Under the pieces are notes generated by a model. The model searched no databases. It saw only the letters and a program-made list of their open reading frames with translations, and had not been told where the DNA came from. From positions 180,987-244,986 of the IMG/VR virus record IMGVR_UViG_3300045256_000050: a stretch of 64,000 nucleotides of DNA, one strand, 5' to 3'. Made by a program: the position numbers and the translations under genes. This document shows, piece after piece, positions 55,233 through 63,237 of the stretch (its first letter is position 1; each line of letters begins with the position of its first letter).

Positions 55233-57151
55233 TGAGCGAAGAAGCCCCACTACTCGGATCGGACTCGGCCGTCTTAGGCACGATGTCCATTGGTGAAACG
55301 GATGCCCAGACGGCGTACACCGCCGCCCTGGGTACGTCCGACTCCACGTTCGGGTACATGGTGATGGGCGTCCCGCCGACCACCGACGACAACTTCACTT
55401 CGATCCTCGGTATCGAAGCGTCCCGGCCCGCCAACATTGAACCCGCAGCAGTCGAAGACGCCGCCCGTTATGACGAAGTGGCGTCCGGTGGTGTGGTCGT
55501 CGGCGGTGGCAACCGGATTTACAACGAAGTCGGTTCTGGTGGTGTTCTCGGCGGCGGTACGGCTCGCTTCGGCCGGATCATTAACTCGGCCAACATCGTT
55601 AACGCATCCGGTGTGCGTGGCGGCGGCACGGCCCGCTTCAACTGGTTCGTCTACCGCACGGCGAGCGGCGGTGCCGTCGTCGGCGGGTTCAGCCCGGCCG
55701 AACACGGCATCATTCCGAGCGGCGGGGCCAAAGTCGGTGGCAGCTTCATCAACCAGCACATTCTGGCTCGTACTGCAACCGGCGGTGCCCGACCGGGTGG
55801 TTTGTGCATTAACACCGTTCGTTTGGTGTACACCGCTACGGGTGGTGCTAAGGGTGGCGGTATCGGTGATCCGACTTACACCCCAGGCGTGTTCGTCGGT
55901 GGTACGGCCACGAACACCCAGATCATGCCCCGTGTGGCATCGGGTGGTGGTCGTGTTGGCGGTACGGCCGTTCTCGGCGGTAACACAACCTTCGTGGCGG
56001 CGGGCGGTGCCCGTCCGGGTGGTACGGCTCGGTTCAACACCATCAAACCTGCTTTCGTTGCGAGCGGCGGTGCGGTTGTATCTGGTAGCGGTAACGATAC
56101 TGAAGATCATCCGGGGTTGTTCGGCGATGGCGGCGTGGTCGTCGGTGGTTCCGCAACTCGCCAGTTCTATGCGATGTGGGTCGCTACAGGCGGGGCACGG
56201 GTCGGCGGCTCGGTGCCCACCATTGAGTACATCTCCCAGGTCGCCACCGGCGGCGTGGTGTGTGCAGGTATTGCGGTTGTGGAGGCCGGGACGTTCACCT
56301 TCGGCGGGGCCGACGTGGGCGGATCGGCTACCATCCAGATCACGTCAAACAAGACGGGGACCGGCGGGGCTGTCTGTGCTGGTGTGTCTCTTACCCGACA
56401 CTTGTTACGGTATATCTCTACGGGCGGCGGCGTGTGCAGCGGCCATGCGAATCCGTTCGGCACGGCCCGAGACTACACGGCCACGGGCGGGTTCCGGGCT
56501 GGCGGACCGCTGGTTCTGTTCTCGATCTTCAACATCCGCCCGCAAGGTGGGGCACGGCCCGGCGGCACCGCCATCCCAAACACGACCATCAGAACTTCTG
56601 GTGGAGCGGTGTGTGCAGGTACGGCCCGAGTTGTTAAAGTCCAAGTTGCCCAGACATCGGGCGGCGTGGTCTGCGGCGGTGCTACGCAGCCGATCAGTTA
56701 CATTGGCACCTACGGCGGGGCTGTGGTCAGCGGCCAAGCCACCATCAACAACTTCATGTATCGGACGGCCTCGGGCGGTGCGGTGTGTGGGGGCACGGCT
56801 GTCGCCAGCTTGGTCACTGTTTCTTATGTCGCCTCGGGTGGTGCGGTGGCTGGCGGTTCGGGCGAATTCAAACGAGACACGTCGGGTCGAATCCGGTGTG
56901 AGCCGCCTGCCCTGGCCTGCCCGATCATCAAGGTGAAGCCGCCGGGTCGCCCGTGCGTCAAGGAGAAGGTGCTGCGTGGCGGCATCGTTCTGGCGGCGAC
57001 GGTGTGCAAGTACAACAAGAAGGTCGGGAAGCTGTTGAAAGACCCGGCCAACACCCAGACCATCACCCAAACGGCCATCGGCTTCAGTTCGGGCAACAGG
57101 TCTACACCGTACCAGCCGCCGGGCACCCCGAAACCGGGACAGCCGCTCTGA
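55232..57151 (+). CDS. Gly-rich repeat virion/fibre protein
   Basis: More than 20 (S/T)GGAVxGG units; Cys-containing C-terminus; paralogue of 15568-17340. Confidence 0.8.
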   Translation: MSEEAPLLGSDSAVLGTMSIGETDAQTAYTAALGTSDSTFGYMVMGVPPTTDDNFTSILGIEASRPANIEPAAVEDAARYDEVASGGVVVGGGNRIYNEVGSGGVLGGGTARFGRIINSANIVNASGVRGGGTARFNWFVYRTASGGAVVGGFSPAEHGIIPSGGAKVGGSFINQHILARTATGGARPGGLCINTVRLVYTATGGAKGGGIGDPTYTPGVFVGGTATNTQIMPRVASGGGRVGGTAVLGGNTTFVAAGGARPGGTARFNTIKPAFVASGGAVVSGSGNDTEDHPGLFGDGGVVVGGSATRQFYAMWVATGGARVGGSVPTIEYISQVATGGVVCAGIAVVEAGTFTFGGADVGGSATIQITSNKTGTGGAVCAGVSLTRHLLRYISTGGGVCSGHANPFGTARDYTATGGFRAGGPLVLFSIFNIRPQGGARPGGTAIPNTTIRTSGGAVCAGTARVVKVQVAQTSGGVVCGGATQPISYIGTYGGAVVSGQATINNFMYRTASGGAVCGGTAVASLVTVSYVASGGAVAGGSGEFKRDTSGRIRCEPPALACPIIKVKPPGRPCVKEKVLRGGIVLAATVCKYNKKVGKLLKDPANTQTITQTAIGFSSGNRSTPYQPPGTPKPGQPL

Positions 57152-57208
57152 TTTTCCTTTACTGAGGGCAGATCGAGGGTACAATCCTCCTTAACTGGAG
57201 GGCAAGCG

Positions 57209-58267
57209 ATGCAGTTCCGCATGTACCACACGAGCTACGATTTCGCCAAGATCGTCGGCGACGTTGCCGGGCAGAAGATGCCCGCCGTGGACAACTTCTA
57301 CAAGTTCGCCATCAACTCCGAGTGGCAGCGGCGGGCCGCTCAGCAGTCGCTTCACTCCTTCCTCTCGCCCAACAACCAGAACGCCCGAGCGGCTGAAATC
57401 AATCAGTTGATCGCCGAGTCGTCCTGGTACGAGAACGGCAAGCCGTACTACAACCTGCACCCTCGCATGATCGACGTGTTCGGCCGTGCCAAGCTGAACT
57501 TCCCCAGCAAGTACATCGAGTTCCCGTTCCAGACCGTCGCCGTCAACTTCGCCCTCGAAGACGACACGTTCAAGCTCGACGAGACGCACCGTCTCCAGTC
57601 GTGCCTCGTCTTCCGTGGCAAGGTCCGTGATCCGCTCAAGCCGATCCCGGAACACGAGCCGAACTGCATCATGATCTACATGGACTGGAACGAGCGGCAC
57701 AAGTCGGAGGTTTACAGCGAACACAAGCGGCGCACGTTCACGCTGGGCGAGCCGATCATGACGTGGCGGCGGTGGACGTGGGACGCCGACGAGACGGTGG
57801 ACGACGCCCTGAACCGGCTGCCGATGGATTTGTCGATGGCGAAGGGCATCCGCATTCCCGACGCCATGATCGAGAAGGCGATCAAGCTCGTCGTCTCGGT
57901 GGCTTTCTTGCACAAAGACGAAAGCCCCATCGTCGTCCCGCACCTGCTCAACCGGGACGCCAAGCAGTTGCGTCTGCGTGAGGCGGCGGACCGGACAATT
58001 AAAGAACTCCACGACAAGGCGGCGAAGGAGCGTGGGGCACGGGGTTGGCTGGTCGGGTCGGAGGAAATGTTCGACCACGGGCACATCGGCCCGGCCCCGG
58101 AGCAAGAGGAACACAAGGTCACGGGCCGGGAGCTACAGTTCGCCCACATCGTCTCGGGTTACTGGAAGCTCTGCCGGTACGGCCCTAAGATGGAGTCCGG
58201 CCGGGTGCGGTGGATCATGCCTCACGTCCGTGGCTGGGGCAAACCCTTCAAACACGAAGAGGAATAA
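57209..58267 (+). CDS. Hypothetical phage protein
   Basis: 352 aa; C-terminal H.V.G.W...GP....RWI.PH.RG motif; GGAGG SD. Confidence 0.7.
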   Translation: MQFRMYHTSYDFAKIVGDVAGQKMPAVDNFYKFAINSEWQRRAAQQSLHSFLSPNNQNARAAEINQLIAESSWYENGKPYYNLHPRMIDVFGRAKLNFPSKYIEFPFQTVAVNFALEDDTFKLDETHRLQSCLVFRGKVRDPLKPIPEHEPNCIMIYMDWNERHKSEVYSEHKRRTFTLGEPIMTWRRWTWDADETVDDALNRLPMDLSMAKGIRIPDAMIEKAIKLVVSVAFLHKDESPIVVPHLLNRDAKQLRLREAADRTIKELHDKAAKERGARGWLVGSEEMFDHGHIGPAPEQEEHKVTGRELQFAHIVSGYWKLCRYGPKMESGRVRWIMPHVRGWGKPFKHEEE

Positions 58268-58268
58268 C

Positions 58269-58775
58269 ATGGGGGTCAGCATGCACACCTACGTCGGGCC
58301 TTACGTCGAGTGTCACACGAGCGAAGTCGAAGTGGATGCGAAGATGCGGGCCTGCACTCGTGGGCCGACTTGTTCGCAGCACGAGCGGGAAGTCCACGAC
58401 CGGCAACGGAAGTTCTGCCCTCAGTGCGGCAGCCCGATTGGTGAAGTGACGTACAAGACGAAGCAGAAGAACGTCGTGGCGAACTGGCTGCGGGAGGAGA
58501 TCAACGAAGACCTGTCGAACGTCAGCAACGACACGTTCTTCAACCAGCGGTCACGAGACAACGGCATCGACACCTGGATCGCCAACAAGAAGTTCACCGG
58601 CCGGAACTGCTGGCTGGACGAGGCGTCGTATGTCGGCGAGATCACGATTGACAACATCGTCCGGGAGACGGAAGAGTTCCGGGTCAAGTTCGCCGACGCC
58701 CTCCGGGTGTTCCGTGAGAAGTACGGCGACGGCAAGTGCATCGTGAAGTGGGGTATCGTCCACTACTGGAGTTAA
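58269..58775 (+). CDS. Zn-ribbon-containing hypothetical protein
   Basis: KFCPQCGSPI; GAGGA SD. Confidence 0.65.
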   Translation: MGVSMHTYVGPYVECHTSEVEVDAKMRACTRGPTCSQHEREVHDRQRKFCPQCGSPIGEVTYKTKQKNVVANWLREEINEDLSNVSNDTFFNQRSRDNGIDTWIANKKFTGRNCWLDEASYVGEITIDNIVRETEEFRVKFADALRVFREKYGDGKCIVKWGIVHYWS

Positions 58776-58780
58776 ACGAA

Positions 58781-58816
58781 AAAGCCCGGCCGCTCGGAGG
58801 AGAGCGGCCGGGCTTT
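58781..58816. terminator. Bidirectional terminator
   Basis: AAAGCCCGGCCGCTC...GAGCGGCCGGGCTTT between convergent genes. Confidence 0.85.
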
Positions 58817-58826
58817 CGTAGCGAAG

Positions 58827-59726
58827 TTACTTCGTCTTGGCAGGAGCGGTGACGCCCGTGTCCACGACTCGTTGCAACGCCACTGCAACATCTCGGCCGG
58901 AGGCCGACTGCAACGCTTGGGAGGCAACTTCCTTCGCATCGCTTCTTGCCTGGGCCAGTTGGGCTTGCAGGTCTTTGATCTGGTCTTGTAGGGACGTGAT
59001 CGTCTCGTCCATCGCCGATACCCGAATCTGGTGCAGGTTCTTCTCGGCGTCGAAGTCCTTCTTGAGCAGTGCCATCTCGTGATCGTACTGCTTCTTCAGG
59101 GTGTTGCTGAGGACCGCTTCGGCCTTCGCCACTTCCGTCTTCAACCGCTGATCGAAGCCAGCGACCTGTGCCTGGAGGTTGGTGAACTCCTGCTCCTTAG
59201 CCTTGATGGCGGCATCCCGCTCCTTCCAGCTACGCTCCAGGGTTTCACTGCGTAGAGCCTCGTCCCGCTTCTTCTTGTTCATCTCGGCGTCGAACTCGTC
59301 GTACTGCTTCTTCTTCAGTTGCTCGAAGTTGTAACGGTACTCGTCCTCGGCCCGCTGGAGACGGCGGTTCCGCTCGTTTTCCTCTTCGTCCCACTCCTGC
59401 TCACGCTCGTTACGCTGAGCGTTCCACTCCTGCTGCTCTGCCTCACGCTGGGCCTTCATGTCGTCCAGGGTGACGGCTTCGCTCTCGATGTTGTGGAGTT
59501 CCTTGAGCCGCTGGTTCTTGAGGGCGATTGCCGTCTCAAGGTTCTGCATCTCTTGAATCTTGCTCGACAGGGCACCGCTCAGGTTAGCCAGCGATTCTTG
59601 AACAGAAACCTGCAAGGTGCCGACTTCTGCGATCACGGACTGAAGGTTAAGACCCTTCACTGAATCAAGCACAGCCTGTGCTTCGGTTGCTTCGATCTTT
59701 TTGTTCTTGTTGCCTTTGGTAGCCAT
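58827..59726 (-). CDS. Long coiled-coil protein
   Basis: E/K/Q/R-rich heptads over most of 299 aa; GAAAGGA SD. Confidence 0.8.
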   Translation of the reverse strand: MATKGNKNKKIEATEAQAVLDSVKGLNLQSVIAEVGTLQVSVQESLANLSGALSSKIQEMQNLETAIALKNQRLKELHNIESEAVTLDDMKAQREAEQQEWNAQRNEREQEWDEEENERNRRLQRAEDEYRYNFEQLKKKQYDEFDAEMNKKKRDEALRSETLERSWKERDAAIKAKEQEFTNLQAQVAGFDQRLKTEVAKAEAVLSNTLKKQYDHEMALLKKDFDAEKNLHQIRVSAMDETITSLQDQIKDLQAQLAQARSDAKEVASQALQSASGRDVAVALQRVVDTGVTAPAKTK

Positions 59727-59800
59727 TGTAGTTTCCTTTCGGTTGTTGACAGTTGTAGGTTGTTTTCGTAACATGCGATCAGAAACTTGAGCGGGGGTTG

Positions 59801-59806
59801 TAAATA
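59801..59806 (+). promoter_or_regulatory. T4-like late promoter core (representative of about 20 copies)
   Basis: TAAATA; variants TAGATA, TATATA and TAACTA recur in intergenic gaps upstream of virion-type genes. Confidence 0.6.
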
Positions 59807-59810
59807 AAAC

Positions 59811-60443
59811 ATGACTAGCTTCAAAGAGTTCTTCGAGGCCAACGACCCGATGACGGGCATCCCGCACACCGTCAAGACGGCGACCGTGCCCGCCCCCGCA
59901 ACACCGCCCGCTCCTCGCAACACGATGACGCAACAGATGGATCAGCGTGTCCAGACGGGCAAAGGCTACGAGGCCAAGATTATTCAGAAGCTCATCTCGG
60001 GCGGGCTGAAGATCACGCCCGTGACCGGCCGACAGGACATGTTCGATAAGATCGACGGCATCTGGGAGAACGGCCCGGCCGGGTCCGGCGGGATGCAGAT
60101 CAAGTACCGTGACAGCGGCTACGACATCCTGATGGAAGTTCGGAAGGGTAGCAACCCAGGCCGGGACATGGTGGGCAAGAGCGTGTACTACACGGTCGTC
60201 CCGAAGGACGGTGAGTTCGCCTACATCTTCAAGACGGTGGACTTGAAGAAGCTGGTGCAGGACGCATTGAATGAGCTACAGCAGGACGGCGGCTTCGGCG
60301 GGAAGCGGGAGTTTCATTCGAGCGATCAGGTCGAACTGCGGCAGACCCGTGACCCGGCCGACAACACGCCGAAAATCATGGCCTTCATCCCGATTGACGT
60401 GCCTGTTCCGATTCGCCGCCAGCGAGTCAACCTGTTCAAATAA
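59811..60443 (+). CDS. CTS-like leader + PD-(D/E)xK nuclease-like fold protein
   Basis: MTSFKEFFEAN leader; GYEAKI...DKIDG...MQIKYR; TAAATA 4 nt before ATG. Confidence 0.6.
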   Translation: MTSFKEFFEANDPMTGIPHTVKTATVPAPATPPAPRNTMTQQMDQRVQTGKGYEAKIIQKLISGGLKITPVTGRQDMFDKIDGIWENGPAGSGGMQIKYRDSGYDILMEVRKGSNPGRDMVGKSVYYTVVPKDGEFAYIFKTVDLKKLVQDALNELQQDGGFGGKREFHSSDQVELRQTRDPADNTPKIMAFIPIDVPVPIRRQRVNLFK

Positions 60444-60470
60444 AAAACGCCGGGTTCAGCCCGGCGTTTT
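60444..60470. terminator. Bidirectional terminator
   Basis: AAAACGCCGGG-TTCAG-CCCGGCGTTTT. Confidence 0.85.
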
Positions 60471-60574
60471 CGTTATCATCCAGAGGATGAACAGGCTCAC
60501 CATCCAGAAGATCATTAAGCCCAAGTCCTGTTTCCACGACAGCATTCGGTACAACTCTCGGTCGAGCCAATCCA

Positions 60575-60907
60575 TCATAGCTCCGGCCACTTTTGCCGCA
60601 CGAGAGGGATGTCTATCTTTTTCCATCCTGCCTCCTGGTTGAGTGCCCTGGCTCTTGCTTTCTCCAGCCGCTCGTCTTCGATCTTCGGGACCAACTCGGC
60701 CCACAGGGCGTCCAGGTTCATCTCCTGCCAGTTCTCCACCGACACTTTGAGTAAGCGTGCGGCGTCAACGGCCCGGATGTACCTATTCCCCTTTCGCAGC
60801 ACCATTCCCCAGAGGGAGTCGTGCCACTCGGTCCAGTTCTCTGCGAGGTACTTGTCTTGCTCCTCGGGAGATAGCTTTCTGAAGTCTTCCGGGGTCATCA
60901 TCACCAA
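60575..60907 (-). CDS. Hypothetical protein
   Basis: GGAGG SD; operon context. Confidence 0.55.
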   Translation of the reverse strand: MVMMTPEDFRKLSPEEQDKYLAENWTEWHDSLWGMVLRKGNRYIRAVDAARLLKVSVENWQEMNLDALWAELVPKIEDERLEKARARALNQEAGWKKIDIPLVRQKWPEL

Positions 60908-61320
60908 CCTCCAACATGCGAGTCGTAGTATTCCACCACGACGTTGTACACCTTCTGGTGTCCTTTTAGCTCCGGGAAGCCGCTCACGTCGAACGTGGCC
61001 CGAATGAGGTAGCTCCGGTGCGGGTAGGTCATTCGCTGGTCACGCTGGATGGTGCAGTGCGGTTCGAGGAGTTTTTCCAGCCCGTCCCAATCGTCGTACT
61101 GGCAGCGACTCGTGAAGAGTTCGTAGTTGATGTGGAAGGGTGAAATGGGTGGGACGTGTCCCACGCCCCACTGGCCGTAGCCCTCGTACCTTTCACTAAA
61201 AGCAACGCCGCTAAGCTCCTTCAGCTTAGCGGCGGCTCTAATCGCCCACGCATGGTCGGCGAGTCGTTCGTGTTTCATCTGCTCGTAGGCAGCTTCCAGT
61301 TCTTGTTGCGTAAACATCAC
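60901..61320 (-). CDS. Hypothetical protein
   Basis: Coupled ORF in operon. Confidence 0.55.
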   Translation of the reverse strand: MMFTQQELEAAYEQMKHERLADHAWAIRAAAKLKELSGVAFSERYEGYGQWGVGHVPPISPFHINYELFTSRCQYDDWDGLEKLLEPHCTIQRDQRMTYPHRSYLIRATFDVSGFPELKGHQKVYNVVVEYYDSHVGGW

Positions 61321-61736
61321 TTCAAATGGCGAGCCATTGCCTTTCCAAAAGATTCGTCGCTGTACCAGCCGGTTTCACCCTTGTCGTAGTTGTGGCAGCC
61401 GAAATACTTGTCGGGGTCGCCCTCGACGGTGTACCGGGCCACCCAGCCGGATTCTTCATCCTTGTAGTCCACGTTCGGGTTGTCCCATGTCTCGTAAACC
61501 ACTTCGAGCTTGGCGATCAGGATTTCTTTGCCGTTCCGTTTCTTGAACAGCTTGTCGCCCCGCCGCTTGATCCCCTTCACGCCGTCGAACTCGGACAGAG
61601 CCTTGTCTACGGTTTCTTGGAGCGTCTTGCGACGTGCCTCTTCGTACTTGCGTGAGGCTTCTTCTCTCTCCTCACGCTTCTTCTGCTCGGCCTTCTGCTT
61701 CTTGATCTCTTCTTTGGCGAAGTCCAGTGCGCTCAT
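61317..61736 (-). CDS. Hypothetical protein
   Basis: From MSALDFAKEE; GAGG SD. Confidence 0.6.
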   Translation of the reverse strand: MSALDFAKEEIKKQKAEQKKREEREEASRKYEEARRKTLQETVDKALSEFDGVKGIKRRGDKLFKKRNGKEILIAKLEVVYETWDNPNVDYKDEESGWVARYTVEGDPDKYFGCHNYDKGETGWYSDESFGKAMARHLK

Positions 61737-61990
61737 ACGGCCCTCTTCTTTCCCAGCACTTCGCTGGTGTAGTCGAGCTTGTTGGAGTGCCCGCCGTCGC
61801 TGTGATAGAGCGACAGGAAGTTCCCCTTGATCTCGACTTCGATGTCCTCGGCGGCGAGGCGGTAGTCGGTGAACTCCGACCTGTCCGCCTCGTTGTAGAC
61901 CCGGAAGAAGTATTCCTTGCTGAAGGGGTTGTAGAGTAAGAACCCCGTCACGCCTTCGGCCGACACTTCTTGGAGAGGAATGTTGTTCAT
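61733..61990 (-). CDS. Hypothetical protein
   Basis: From MNNIPLQ; AGGAG SD. Confidence 0.55.
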   Translation of the reverse strand: MNNIPLQEVSAEGVTGFLLYNPFSKEYFFRVYNEADRSEFTDYRLAAEDIEVEIKGNFLSLYHSDGGHSNKLDYTSEVLGKKRAV

Positions 61991-62407
61991 CGTGTACTCC
62001 TGGCCCGCCCGTTTTCGACGAGCCATGCCCAGATTTCGTAGGAATCAACGCCGTTCATCCAACCCGGCACCCAATCCTCGGCAGAGCCGCCACCGGGCGT
62101 CGGGAAGTACCATAGCTGGGCGTTCTCGCCGCAGCCGCAGTATTCGTCGCAGTAGTTAAGGCCGGTTATCGCCGAGATGCTGCATTTCCAATACCGGGGC
62201 AGCACGTCCTTCCGTAAGCTGGAAGAACGCTTCGACGCCGACCTTTTCGATTTCTTGACGGACTTTTTCTTGCCAACCTTTGCGTTGGCGTTCTTTGAGA
62301 TGGTGGAGGAGTTCTTCGGCGGGGATTTCGTACTCGAAGACGACTTCATCGGGGTCCATCCCTTGCAGTGCGTCAAGCAAATCCTTTGCTTGTACTTGAA
62401 CTTTCAT
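61987..62407 (-). pseudogene. Apparently frameshifted hypothetical gene
   Basis: N-half in frame 62156-62407 and start-less C-half in frame 61987-62376; deleting one base near 62219 joins them. Confidence 0.4.
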
Positions 62408-62409
62408 AG

Positions 62410-62483
62410 TGCCGTCGGCGAGAGTTGAACTCGCAACATTCAGATTCTAAGTCTGACGACTCTGCCAGTTGGTCTACGACGGC
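62410..62483 (-). tRNA. tRNA-Leu(TAG) with short variable loop, no encoded CCA
   Basis: GCCGTCG/CGACGGC acceptor, GAC/GTC D-stem with TGG, TCAGA-CTTAGAA-TCTGA, 5-nt variable ATGTT, GCGAG-TTCAACT-CTCGC, A73; 74 nt. Confidence 0.92.
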
Positions 62484-62649
62484 AAGGGCGGCAGTTTTTG
62501 TAACCATCCGGGGCTGAACCCGGCAAGGACGTATGGGGCTTGTCTCCATCTGCCGCCTGTTCTCCCATTATCGGGTCGAGAAAAACTCGATGTTGAACAT
62601 CATTCGGAGTATAGCCGCCTACGTCAATGGCGTACCTTATATTAGCGTA

Positions 62650-62994
62650 TTAGCCGCAGATTGCAACTACAAATACGTCAGCTTCGCCTCGGTGTACTCG
62701 TCCACCAGCAGGCACCACTCCTCCAGTTCCCGCTGGACCGTTTTCTCCCACAAAGTCTGCTCGTCCTGCGACGGCATCTTCTTCTTGCGGTACTCGGCCC
62801 GGACCTGACGCATCGCCACCTTGCCCGCCAACGATGTCTCTTTGATACCGAAAATAGCCGGTCGGGAACTTGGTGCGTGCGGCCTCGCACAACCCGAGAA
62901 TCACCCGTTTGATCTCGGGTTGCTTCTCAAGCCACTCGACTCCTCGACGGAGTTCCTTGTCCAGTGAAGTGTGTTTACCTTTCTTATCACTCAT
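62650..62994 (-). CDS. Hypothetical protein
   Basis: From MSDKKGKH. Confidence 0.45.
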   Translation of the reverse strand: MSDKKGKHTSLDKELRRGVEWLEKQPEIKRVILGLCEAARTKFPTGYFRYQRDIVGGQGGDASGPGRVPQEEDAVAGRADFVGENGPAGTGGVVPAGGRVHRGEADVFVVAICG

Positions 62995-63237
62995 GGCGGC
63001 ACCAGGATGTATTGTAGGAGAAAAACCCGAAATCACAACGCTTCCTTCACCCATTCTACACGATGTTATCGTATAACATCGGCGTCGAACTTACAAAAAG
63101 GAGAGATGTTATGAAAAGGAAGGGTTAGCGAACAGTTGAACCGAAATCTGGGTAAATCTACGGAAACCTCAAGGAAAATCTTTCCAAATTCGTGATTTCC
63201 AGACCAGAAATTCAGGGTTAGCCCTCTAAATAACATC

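Noticed and set aside
59657-59933. Upstream extensions and ORF 59657-59923
   Set aside because: They overlap the divergent promoter gap and the CTS gene. The SD supports the start at 59726.
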